This document shows, one piece after another, positions 1 through 8,697 of a DNA stretch of 64,000 nucleotides (positions within the stretch are counted from its first letter, which is position 1; each line of letters opens with the position of its first letter). The stretch is from a bacterium. Lineage in GTDB: Bacteria; UBA8248. Under the pieces are notes generated by a model. The model saw only the letters and a list, made by a program, of their open reading frames with translations, ran no database searches and had not been told where the DNA came from. The DNA is taken from NCBI GenBank assembly GCA_965204535.1, contig CBDBEV010000001.1, forward strand, positions 416,001 to 480,000. The letters are read 5' to 3'. The translations under genes were made by a program, and so were the position numbers.

Positions 1-350
1 AGCCATACATAACTTCGGCGGCCGTTCAATTTCTCGAGATAATCCCCCACCGACCCACCCAGAATTTCCTTGAGCGCCAGCGAGACGCCCACCGGATCGG
101 ACACCACCCTGGCGTTGGCGAAAAGAGAGGGTGCGTTGATGCTCACCGCCAAAGGCCGGCCCCTCGCGTCCACGACGTCTCCGCGCCTGGGGCGCACCAC
201 GAGCGTGCGACGCAACTGGCGCTCCGCATAGGCTACGAGGTGATCACGATCGCGGATTTGGATGATGAAGAGCTTGACGCCCAACATGCAAAATCCGAAA
301 ACCACCAAGGAGCCGCAAACCATCAAGCGACGAGAGAAGCCCTGCTTCAT
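1..350 (-). CDS. ftsI: Penicillin-binding protein FtsI/PBP3, N-terminal part (runs off window)
   Basis: Manual translation MKQGFSRRLMVCGSLVVFGFCMLGVKLFIIQI...PRRGDVVDARGRPLAVS: TM anchor plus RG-x-I/V-x-D-x-x-G dimerisation motif; follows ftsL. Confidence 0.9.
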   Translation of the reverse strand, partial: MKQGFSRRLMVCGSLVVFGFCMLGVKLFIIQIRDRDHLVAYAERQLRRTLVVRPRRGDVVDARGRPLAVSINAPSLFANARVVSDPVGVSLALKEILGGSVGDYLEKLNGRRSYVW

Positions 351-387
351 GGGCCAACCTGCTATGGGCGGGAGGGAGAAGGGACGG

Positions 388-735
388 TTACTCTACACGT
401 CCAGACCCTGCTCTTACATACACTATTTGCCCGGGTTCCGGAAAAACCATTTCCAGTTTTTTCCGCGCAATCGACTCGATGCGATCCAGCTGCCGAAGCG
501 CGGCTATTTCGATTCGCAGGACGCGCCTGTCCTGCAAGAGTTTTTCTCTTTGGCGCTCCAGATTCGCCAGGCGATACCCGATCTTCACCATCTCCAGATG
601 CGGCCACACCAAAGCGGCGGCGCTGCATGCGATGAAAGTAATGCACAGACCCGCCTTGAGCAGCGAGACGCCCGAACCGGCAGATGCCGCGCCTATTCTC
701 TCTCGCCATCCGCCGCGGGTTTTCGGGCGTCTCAC
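388..735 (-). CDS. ftsL: Cell division protein FtsL
   Basis: Short protein with TM helix, leucine heptads and RIESIARKKLEM; lies between rsmH and ftsI. Confidence 0.85.
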   Translation of the reverse strand: MRRPKTRGGWRERIGAASAGSGVSLLKAGLCITFIACSAAALVWPHLEMVKIGYRLANLERQREKLLQDRRVLRIEIAALRQLDRIESIARKKLEMVFPEPGQIVYVRAGSGRVE

Positions 736-1655
736 CCTACATCCTCCCCGAGGCGCTCGGCGGCGCGCAATTTTGCACTGCGGCTGCGCGGGTTTTCACA
801 CACCTCCGCCTCGTCGGGCCGGACGACCCTGCGGGTCAGGGTTTCGAGTGTCGGCTCCTCGCCGCCGGAGAGTCCGCGAAAGAGGTTCTTGACGATTCTG
901 TCTTCCAGCGAGTGAAAGCTGATAACGACGATTCGCCCGCCCGGGCGCAGGAGGTCCACCGCATCGCGCAAGGAATCCTCGAGAGTCTCCAACTCACGAT
1001 TCACGGCGATCCGCAGCGCCTGGAACGTCCGGGTTGCGGGGTGAATGCGCCAACGCCTCCCGCGGCGGCCGCTCCTTCTGGCAGCGACCGTGGCGATGAG
1101 GGATGCGAGTTCATCGCATCGTCTCACGCCTCCATCTGCGCGCGCACGCCCGATGGCGCGCGCGATGGCGCGGGAGTGGCGCTCTTCCCCGTATCGATAG
1201 ATGAGATCGGCGAGTTCTTCTTCCGGTAATTGATCGATCAAATCGGCCGCGGTCGGCCCCTGCGTCCGGTCCATGCGCATGTCCAAAGGTTCGGGCGCGT
1301 TCATGCGGAATCCGCGGCCGGGCGTGTCGATTTGCATCGAGGAAAGTCCGAGGTCGAACAAAACACCGTCGACCGATTCATATCCCTCGGCCCTCACGAT
1401 GCGCTTCATTTCGCCGTGATGCGCATGATGAATCCTGGCGGCGTCCCCATACTTCGCCAGCCGCTTCTTGCAGATTTCTACGGCATCTCGGTCCCGGTCA
1501 CAGCCGATCAACACACCCGATGGCTGAACCGCATCCAAAACCGCGTCGCCATGTTCCCCTCCGCCCAAGGTAGTATCTAAGAACACAGCGCCCGGAGATG
1601 GCGCCAGGAAGCGCAAGACCTCCTGAACCATGACCGGGACGTGAGATGCCGTCAT
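732..1655 (-). CDS. rsmH: 16S rRNA m4C1402 methyltransferase RsmH (MraW)
   Basis: HVPVM, DTTLGGGEH, DLGLSSMQ, PLDMRMD, HPATRTFQALRIAVN, NPRSRSAKLR; start taken at MTASHVPV. Confidence 0.97.
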   Translation of the reverse strand: MTASHVPVMVQEVLRFLAPSPGAVFLDTTLGGGEHGDAVLDAVQPSGVLIGCDRDRDAVEICKKRLAKYGDAARIHHAHHGEMKRIVRAEGYESVDGVLFDLGLSSMQIDTPGRGFRMNAPEPLDMRMDRTQGPTAADLIDQLPEEELADLIYRYGEERHSRAIARAIGRARADGGVRRCDELASLIATVAARRSGRRGRRWRIHPATRTFQALRIAVNRELETLEDSLRDAVDLLRPGGRIVVISFHSLEDRIVKNLFRGLSGGEEPTLETLTRRVVRPDEAEVCENPRSRSAKLRAAERLGEDVG

Positions 1656-1754
1656 GCTTATATTCTCACCGCAAAAATGTTCCTCTGCAGCGCATTCGCT
1701 TGAAATTGGTTTTTCCAGTACGGCAAACACACCCGCTCCCCCTTTGAGCCCGCA

Positions 1755-2204
1755 TCAGAATTCGAATTCGATCAAATCTTCAGCAGACTCCTCATCAGCG
1801 GCCCCGGATTCTCCATCCTCTACTTCCTCATCCCATTTCGCCTTGTCCCAAATCTCCAGCCTGTTTTCGATGCCCGCAACAACGGCGTCCTTCTCGATGG
1901 AAGAATTCGAGCGCAATTTCGCGGGCAAGAGGATCCTGCCCTGCCGATCGAACTCGCACGATACGGCGCGGCCATAGAGCCTTCGGAGAGTGCGGCGAAC
2001 CTCTTTGGTGGAGGTGGACAGCTCACTGAGTTTCTCGCTGAACTTGCGTTTCCATTCCCGAACGGGATAGACGAATATGCAGCCATCCTTGCCGAGAAGA
2101 ACGACCTGGTCGCCGTAAGTGGCGCTCAGATGCTCCCTGAACCGCGCCGGAATACTGACGCGGCCTTTTGCATCCACCGATACCGGATGGGCGCTGATGA
2201 GCAT
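1755..2204 (-). CDS. mraZ: Transcriptional regulator MraZ
   Basis: Two SpoVT-AbrB repeats (DAKGRVSIPARFR, DRQGRILLP) and LEIW; first gene of the dcw cluster. Confidence 0.95.
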   Translation of the reverse strand: MLISAHPVSVDAKGRVSIPARFREHLSATYGDQVVLLGKDGCIFVYPVREWKRKFSEKLSELSTSTKEVRRTLRRLYGRAVSCEFDRQGRILLPAKLRSNSSIEKDAVVAGIENRLEIWDKAKWDEEVEDGESGAADEESAEDLIEFEF

Positions 2205-2216
2205 CTCTCCTGCACC

Positions 2217-2241
2217 TCCCACTTTACCCCATATTTTCCCA
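2217..2241 (-). promoter_or_regulatory. MraZ operator: three TGGGN boxes with 10-bp period
   Basis: Minus strand TGGGA-AAATA-TGGGG-TAAAG-TGGGA between the promoter and the mraZ start, matching known MraZ boxes. Confidence 0.8.
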
Positions 2242-2253
2242 CTTAGGCTTACA

Positions 2254-2282
2254 TTTATACTCCCGGATGAAATATCTGTCAA
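2254..2282 (-). promoter_or_regulatory. Sigma70 promoter of the dcw cluster
   Basis: TTGACA-N17-TATAAA on the minus strand. Confidence 0.8.
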
Positions 2283-2493
2283 GGCGATAATTTAGAAAAG
2301 TTAGAAAAAACAATGATTTCTATAAAGAAAAACCAAGAAACATCTTATATTTTTTAAGCCTGTTTTGAGGAATTAATTTAATATATTACTTTAATAAATT
2401 TATTTAATTCATTGAAATTAAAATTAAACTAAATAATTAGTGGGAGAAAGTGGGGAAAATTTACGAGATAGGACGGAAAAACAGAAAAATATT

Positions 2494-3213
2494 TCACCAT
2501 GAAGAAAAAAGAACGAGCGTCATCGTTTCGATGATTTCGCTCGCAGCGCCGGGCGCATCTCTGACTTCTCTCTCCGGTTTATCGAATAGTCGCTTGAGGC
2601 CCCACATGACGCACAGAGCCACGACGGCCAGGAACAGCCCCCAGAACCACCCCACGAGAAAGCAGAGCAGAAAAGACCAGCCCAGCGCGATATATCCATC
2701 TCGCGGGCTCGATGGCCGAGCGGACCCCCGAGCGCCCTCTTCCGCTTCGCGCACCGATGGCGACGACGCGATGAGATAGGCCATGGCCGAGCGGGCGAGA
2801 ATAGGCGGAATCAATAGCGCAAGGTAGCGCTCATATCCCTGGAGTTCACTCAAAGCGACGAATTTGAGCAGGATCGCGCCGATGATGAGAGCAATACCAA
2901 CGGGATCCCCTGACCCTTCTTTTACATGGTGTCTAAACCCAAGCGTGTCCGAGAAATCCGACAATCCGCCCAGGGAGTTACCACGGGTCAAAATGATGAG
3001 CGCGACGACGAGCAGGGCGCTCCGCACCGAAACGGAAAAAGCGCCGGCGAGCGCCCAGTCCAGGGCGATGAGGATCGCCCCGATAAGGAGACCGACGAAC
3101 GGAAAACGCACGAGCGCGCGCGCCATATCTTCCGCTTCAGGCGCCCGGGGCGCGCCCGGCCAGGGTAAAACCGTCAAGAACCTTACGGCCTGCGCAAGCG
3201 CTTTCATGGGCAT
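2494..3213 (-). CDS. cobS: CobS-like (adenosylcobinamide-GDP ribazoletransferase family) membrane protein with degenerate motifs
   Basis: AVRFLTVLP...FPFVGLLIG start and multi-TM layout; the canonical LHxDGxxD motif is altered. Confidence 0.65.
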   Translation of the reverse strand: MPMKALAQAVRFLTVLPWPGAPRAPEAEDMARALVRFPFVGLLIGAILIALDWALAGAFSVSVRSALLVVALIILTRGNSLGGLSDFSDTLGFRHHVKEGSGDPVGIALIIGAILLKFVALSELQGYERYLALLIPPILARSAMAYLIASSPSVREAEEGARGSARPSSPRDGYIALGWSFLLCFLVGWFWGLFLAVVALCVMWGLKRLFDKPEREVRDAPGAASEIIETMTLVLFSSW

Positions 3214-3365
3214 CCCTCTCCGGCCTGCCTATTTTCAGGGTCTTGGGTTTTCAATCTGCCCCTGTGTTCGTTCAGGAAGCGCGTTTCGCTCATGGTTCGC
3301 AACCCGCCTCCCCCGAAAACTTTAAGGAGCGCCTGCGAATCGCTTGAGAGAAGCTCTGGTTGGTG

Positions 3366-3408
3366 AAAAAAGAGAAGGCGGCACTCCCCTTTCGGGAGTC
3401 CGCCCTCT
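3366..3408 (-). terminator. Intrinsic terminator after panB
   Basis: Hairpin AGAGGGCGGACTCCC-GAAA-GGGGAGTGCCGCCTTCTCT followed by a T tract on the minus strand. Confidence 0.7.
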
Positions 3409-3441
3409 GATTAAAGCATCGTATCTACTCGCCGAGGAAAA

Positions 3442-4314
3442 TCAGAAACAATGCTCTTTCGCGGGGAACGCGCCCTCTCGCACCTCTTGGCAGTAGCGCT
3501 CCATCGCCTCCGTGGCCAGATGCCCGACATCGGCATACCTCTTCACGAATTTCGGCGTGAAGTCGCGGAACAGCCCAAGCATGTCGTGGGTGACGAGCAC
3601 CTGGCCGTCGCAATCGGGGCCGGCGCCGATGCCGATGGTGGGAATGTCGACCTCTCGCGTTACGCGCGCGCCCAGGGCCGCCGGTATACCCTCTAACACG
3701 AGGGAGAACGCGCCGCCCTCCTGCACGGCCACCGCGTCGCGCAGCACCTGATCCGCCCCTTCATCGGTCTTGCCCTGCACCTTGAAGCCGCCGAACTGAT
3801 GAACGCTCTGAGGGGTGAGGCCCACGTGCCCCATCACGGGAATCTGGCTGTCCACCACCGCGCGTATCTCGTCCTTGACGCGGACGCCGCCTTCTAGCTT
3901 CACCGCCTCGGCGCCGCCCTCCTGAATGAGACGGCCCGCGTTCAGGATGGTGTCGCGCGCGCTGACGCCGAAGGTCAGGAACGGCAGGTCGGCCACGAGT
4001 AGCGCCTTGGGCTTGGCGCGGCTCACCGCAAGGGTGTGATGCACCATGTCGTCGAGCGTCACCTTCGTCGTGTCGGGATAGCCCAGAACCACCATCCCCA
4101 GGCTGTCGCCGACCAGGATGACGTCCACGTCGGCGCCGTCCACGAGTTTCGCCGTGGGGTAGTCGTACGCGGTGACGGAGGTGATCTTCTTCCCGCCCTT
4201 GCCCGCCCGGATGATGGCGGTGGTGATTTTCTTGCGCGCTTTCTTTGGTGCGCCGTTTCCGTTGATGGAAGTTTTACCGTTGGAATGCTGCTTGGCGAGG
4301 CTTTTTGTGCTCAT
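3442..4314 (-). CDS. panB: 3-methyl-2-oxobutanoate hydroxymethyltransferase
   Basis: TAYD, LVGDSLGM, VKLEGG, GHVGLTPQ, IGIGAGPDCDGQVLV. Confidence 0.97.
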   Translation of the reverse strand: MSTKSLAKQHSNGKTSINGNGAPKKARKKITTAIIRAGKGGKKITSVTAYDYPTAKLVDGADVDVILVGDSLGMVVLGYPDTTKVTLDDMVHHTLAVSRAKPKALLVADLPFLTFGVSARDTILNAGRLIQEGGAEAVKLEGGVRVKDEIRAVVDSQIPVMGHVGLTPQSVHQFGGFKVQGKTDEGADQVLRDAVAVQEGGAFSLVLEGIPAALGARVTREVDIPTIGIGAGPDCDGQVLVTHDMLGLFRDFTPKFVKRYADVGHLATEAMERYCQEVREGAFPAKEHCF

Positions 4315-4424
4315 GGTCGCTCCCTCTTTGGGTGAACGCCTGCTGCAAGGCCCGTTTTGAAATGCTTCCGTTTTTTCCCGTCCATGTGTCCAGGTCCAGC
4401 GGCTCCCGGCACGTACTGTAATGA

Positions 4425-5423
4425 TTATGAATTCCCTCCCTCGATGTCAAGGCGCTCATCGCCAGGCGCATCATGGGAGGAAGGACCTTTTTCCAAAGAC
4501 AATACCCGATAATACAGCGATTTGTGGGCGGAAAACAAGACGCTGCGCGCATCCGCGCGCTCGATGAAGCGCCCGGTGACTTCGCGTATCTCGCTTCGGC
4601 GGCCCCGCATCAAATCCTGCCACATGGAATTTCTGTTGCCGGCCGTGGCGCGGGCGGTCTCGCGAACGATCTCGAGAACGTCGAGCGTCATGCCCTCCGC
4701 GTCGACGAGCGCCTGCAACTCCTTCGCCAGGGCGTCCACGAGCACCGCGGCGGAGGGCGTTTCCAGCAACTCTCCGTTTCTGAGCTCGAGCGCGGCGCCC
4801 AGGGGATTGATGACGGCGTTGGCCACCGCCTTCCTCCATTCCGCCTCCTTGCCGTCGCGTTTTTGGCGGACGCGCATCCTCGTAGGCTCCAAAAACTCCG
4901 CCAATCGCCTGACAAGTTGGGAATCCTCGACTGCTCCCGGCTCGGGGGCCAGGGTAACGTCCAGTGCGCCAAACTGGTTCACGCGCCCCGGTTTCGTGAT
5001 CTCCGCTCCCGTGCCCACGAGGCCTCGCACGACCCCAAGTTTCCGGTAAGAGCGCGGGAGATCCCTGCAAACGTCCAGGCCGTTCGAGAAAACAGCCGTT
5101 ATCGTCCCCTCACCCGCCATTTCTGAGAATTCTTTCGCCGCCACCTCGACTCGCCCCGCCTTCACGGTGAAAAAAAGGTGCGAGGCCATGATGTCGAAGG
5201 CTCCCTTGCATACCAGAGGGCGGGCCGTATAGGAAACCTCGCCATGAACCCTGACGCCGCTCTCTTCTATAACAGCCAGATGCGCGGAGGTTTCGGGGCT
5301 GGAGTTTGCGGAACCGGCCAGATAAACGCGACCCTCGGGGAGGTTTCTTTGCAGATGCGCGGCAAGCATGGTTCCCACGGCGCCGGGGCCTATGATAACG
5401 ACGGGTCGGGTATCCTCGGCCAA
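4425..5423 (-). CDS. panE: 2-dehydropantoate 2-reductase (ketopantoate reductase)
   Basis: GPGAVG Rossmann motif, WRKAVANAVINPL, NSMWQDL..GRRSE; adjacent to panB. Confidence 0.88.
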   Translation of the reverse strand: MAEDTRPVVIIGPGAVGTMLAAHLQRNLPEGRVYLAGSANSSPETSAHLAVIEESGVRVHGEVSYTARPLVCKGAFDIMASHLFFTVKAGRVEVAAKEFSEMAGEGTITAVFSNGLDVCRDLPRSYRKLGVVRGLVGTGAEITKPGRVNQFGALDVTLAPEPGAVEDSQLVRRLAEFLEPTRMRVRQKRDGKEAEWRKAVANAVINPLGAALELRNGELLETPSAAVLVDALAKELQALVDAEGMTLDVLEIVRETARATAGNRNSMWQDLMRGRRSEIREVTGRFIERADARSVLFSAHKSLYYRVLSLEKGPSSHDAPGDERLDIEGGNS

Positions 5424-5432
5424 GGGTCGCGC

Positions 5433-6293
5433 CTAGCCGCCCAGCGAGCGCCAGAGAAGCAACACGCCCACGAAGATGAAGACGAAGGAGAGGAACACCT
5501 TCATCTTCTCGCCGTCGACGCGGTTGTTGATGAAAGGCGATATCTGACCGCCGCAGGCGACCGCGGGGATCGTCATGAACAGGATGTTCCAGTGCACGTT
5601 CACCTCGCCGGATGAGAACACGTAGGCATGCACCAGGGTGGCGGGCAGCACCGTGGCGAATACGATGAGAATCCCCGTACCGACGGCCACGCGGACGGGC
5701 AGCTTGTCCTTCACGATCAGGGCGGTAGTCGTGAGTTCGCCGATGCCGATGCCCGTAAAACCCACGAGTACTCCCCCCAAGGCCGACCAGCCATGGCCGA
5801 AGGCCCCGTGCTCGTAGCGGTACCAGTACCTCCTGCCCGCCGCGTCCATGCGGGTGGGCTTTCCGGTTTCCTCCGCCTGCTCCGCCTCCTGGATTCCGCC
5901 CTGGAAGTAGGCGAAGAGCATGGCGACCGAGAGAAGCACCATCATCCCGCCCAGAAGGCCAAGGATGAGCCTCGCGGGCACCGAATGGGCCAGGAACCCG
6001 AACGCCATGCCCACGGGGATGGACACGACAAGCACCTTCTTGGCGATGTCGTAATCCACCAGCTTTCTTCTCATATAGCCGGTGAGCGCGCTGCCGAAAC
6101 CGAAAATCTCGATGGAAAGCGCCAAAAAAACGGCTTCGAGCGGGACGATGGTCACGCCCGCCGCCCAGGGAAAGAGGAGGATGAAAATGGGCGCGAAGAA
6201 TACCGCGCCCTCCACGCTCGTGCTCGTCGCCGTGAGACACACGCAAAACGCAATGGGCAGCATCCACCAGAACTCGAAAATGTATTCCATCAC
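5433..6293 (-). CDS. TauE/SafE (TSUP) family membrane transporter
   Basis: About 8 TM helices, GxxxGxxGIGxG repeat, AVGT motif. Confidence 0.8.
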   Translation of the reverse strand: MMEYIFEFWWMLPIAFCVCLTATSTSVEGAVFFAPIFILLFPWAAGVTIVPLEAVFLALSIEIFGFGSALTGYMRRKLVDYDIAKKVLVVSIPVGMAFGFLAHSVPARLILGLLGGMMVLLSVAMLFAYFQGGIQEAEQAEETGKPTRMDAAGRRYWYRYEHGAFGHGWSALGGVLVGFTGIGIGELTTTALIVKDKLPVRVAVGTGILIVFATVLPATLVHAYVFSSGEVNVHWNILFMTIPAVACGGQISPFINNRVDGEKMKVFLSFVFIFVGVLLLWRSLGG

Positions 6294-6384
6294 GACGCCG
6301 GTCTTCCTTTGACAAACTTATGAGGACAAAAACATCAATATCGGTTTGGTTTGAGCCGGAACGGGGCGACTGTATCAAACACCC

Positions 6385-7263
6385 TTACACTTCAACGCTT
6401 CCCCGGCGAACCGCCTCGCCCATGCGCACCGCCTCGACGGCCGCCCCCACGTCGTGGGTGCGTATCACGTCCGCTCCGCCGACGGCGGCGAAGGCCTCGG
6501 CGACTTTCGAGCCGATCAACCGCTCCCCCGCCGCCTCCACCCCCGTGATCGCCCCGATGAAACTTTTTCTCGATACGCCGACGACCAGGGGACGGCCCAA
6601 ATCCCTCAACTCACCCAGCCGCCTCAATATCTCGAGGTTGTGATCCCACGATTTGCCAAAGCCGACGCCGGGGTCGATGAGAACCGAGCGTATGCCGTCC
6701 CGCTCGGCCTGACGCGCACTTTCCCGCAGGTAGCGCGACAACTCGCCCATGAGGTCCTCGTATTCGGGATTCTCCTGCATCGTACGCGGCTCGCCCCTCA
6801 TGTGCATGGCGACGGCCGCGGCACCGGATTCCGCGACCACCGCACGCATCCCGGGATCGCGAAGGCCCGTGACGTCGTTTACGATGTGAACCCCCGCCTC
6901 GAGGGCCGCGCGCGCCACGCCGGCCTTCGAGGTATCGACCGAGACGAGGGGGCCCTCATTCATGTTCATGCGTTCCAGAATCGGGACGACCCGCCGGATT
7001 TCCTCCGCCTCGTCAACACCTTGTGAGCCGGGCCGTGTACTCTCGCCGCCGATGTCGATGACGTCGGCTCCCTCTTCCGTCATCCGCGCGATCTGATCGA
7101 GCGCCGCCTCGAGGTCGAAAAAATCTCCGCCGTCGGAAAAGCTGTCCGGCGTGGCGTTCAAGACGCCCATGATCCGCACCCGCTCGAAACCAAGCGCCCG
7201 ACCGCGGCACTTCACGGCGGGCGCAGGAGTCCACTTCGCAGGTTCGAAACGCAGGCCCGCCAT
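6385..7263 (-). CDS. folP: Dihydropteroate synthase
   Basis: MGVLNATPDSFSDGG, DIGGESTRPG, DPGVGFGK, SRKSF, RTHDV; ATG overlaps the folC stop (TGATG). Confidence 0.96.
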   Translation of the reverse strand: MAGLRFEPAKWTPAPAVKCRGRALGFERVRIMGVLNATPDSFSDGGDFFDLEAALDQIARMTEEGADVIDIGGESTRPGSQGVDEAEEIRRVVPILERMNMNEGPLVSVDTSKAGVARAALEAGVHIVNDVTGLRDPGMRAVVAESGAAAVAMHMRGEPRTMQENPEYEDLMGELSRYLRESARQAERDGIRSVLIDPGVGFGKSWDHNLEILRRLGELRDLGRPLVVGVSRKSFIGAITGVEAAGERLIGSKVAEAFAAVGGADVIRTHDVGAAVEAVRMGEAVRRGSVEV

Positions 7264-8696
7264 CACAGGAGCGCCTCGGGAGGAAACGCGCTGCCGCTCT
7301 CCACGATGCGCTCCTCGCTCACCCAGCGTCGCCTGAGTTCTCCGGCCAGGAACATCGACCCCGTGACGACGACGAGGTCGTACTCCCCCGCTTCCCCGAG
7401 CGCTTGGTCGAGCGCCCCCCATGCGTCGATGCGCGTCTCCACGCGTTCGGCCCCCGCCTCTTCGAGCGCGCACGCGAAAACATCGGGCACCAAGCCGGGT
7501 CTGGGCGCGCTCGCCGGAGGGAGCGTGATGAAAAACCTGTCGCCCGAGGCCGCGAACACCTCCGCCATCCCGGCGAAGTCCTTATCGTTCACCGCCCCGA
7601 TAACGAAGATGAGCCGCTCGAACGCCCAATCGGAGATGCACTCCACCAGCGCCTGCGCCTTGTCGCGGTTGTGCGCGCCGTCGAGCACTACCTGCGGGGC
7701 GGACTGGACCAACTCCATCCGGCACGGCAGTCGCGCCGAGGCGACGCCCCACCGCACCTCCTGCTCACCCAGCCCCAGGAGCCGGCCCGCTCCGGCGGCG
7801 AGGCTCGCGTTTTCGGCCTGGTGTGCGCCGGGCATGGGGGTCGAGAAACCCTCCCACCGAACGCCGTCTTCAAACCCCAGATCGAAAAAAGCGCCATCGG
7901 GGCGCAAGTCCAAGTTCCCGGCGCGGGGCGGAGAAAACAAGCCGGCTTCGCGCTCGGAGGCGACGCGCTCGATTGCCGCGCGCGCATCGGGAAGCAGGTT
8001 TTGTGAGATGACGCGGCCTCTCTCCGTGATGATGCCGGCCTTGTCGCGCGCAATCTGCGCGATGGAATCACCGAGCAACTCGGTGTGGTCCAGCCCAATG
8101 GAAGTGATTACGTCGAGGACGGCGGGCCGCACGGCGTTCGTGGCGTCGAACGCGCCGCCCAGCCCGGCTTCCAGGACGAGGTATTCACAATCTTCCTCCC
8201 TGGCCATCAGAAGCAAGAGCGCGAGCGTCGACTCGAAAAACGAGGGCGGCCCGAACTCGGGCTCTCCCGCCATCTGCGCGGCGGCTTCGGCGAGTTCTTT
8301 CGCGCACCGCCCGATGAGGCCGGCTTCGGCGAAGCGGCCCCGAACCCAGAAACGCTCGATGATGGAGGTGAGGTGTGGGGAGAAAAATGCCGCCGTTCTC
8401 TTGCCCGACGCCAAAAGGGACTGCGCCAGCATCAGCGCGGTAGAGCCTTTGCCGCTCGTTCCCACGACGTGGACGACCGACTGCCCCGCCACAGGGACTT
8501 CAAGGATTTCATACAAGCGCGCGGCTCGGGTGAGACCCGGCCCATCCACCTTGATGCCGCGTTGGTCAAACCGCGTTCGCCAGGATTTTTTCGGTAATGC
8601 GGCCAGGGCGCTTAAAAAAACCTCCACGCGCCGCAGCGTCTCGATGGGCGCGAGGGAATCTTCCAGAGCGGGAGGGGCGAGGATATTTTGGGGCAT
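7263..8696 (-). CDS. folC: Dihydrofolate synthase/folylpolyglutamate synthase
   Basis: HVVGTSGKGST, SPHL, EAGLGG..DATN, DHTELLG, DGAHN. Confidence 0.94.
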   Translation of the reverse strand: MPQNILAPPALEDSLAPIETLRRVEVFLSALAALPKKSWRTRFDQRGIKVDGPGLTRAARLYEILEVPVAGQSVVHVVGTSGKGSTALMLAQSLLASGKRTAAFFSPHLTSIIERFWVRGRFAEAGLIGRCAKELAEAAAQMAGEPEFGPPSFFESTLALLLLMAREEDCEYLVLEAGLGGAFDATNAVRPAVLDVITSIGLDHTELLGDSIAQIARDKAGIITERGRVISQNLLPDARAAIERVASEREAGLFSPPRAGNLDLRPDGAFFDLGFEDGVRWEGFSTPMPGAHQAENASLAAGAGRLLGLGEQEVRWGVASARLPCRMELVQSAPQVVLDGAHNRDKAQALVECISDWAFERLIFVIGAVNDKDFAGMAEVFAASGDRFFITLPPASAPRPGLVPDVFACALEEAGAERVETRIDAWGALDQALGEAGEYDLVVVTGSMFLAGELRRRWVSEERIVESGSAFPPEALL

Positions 8697-8697
8697 C

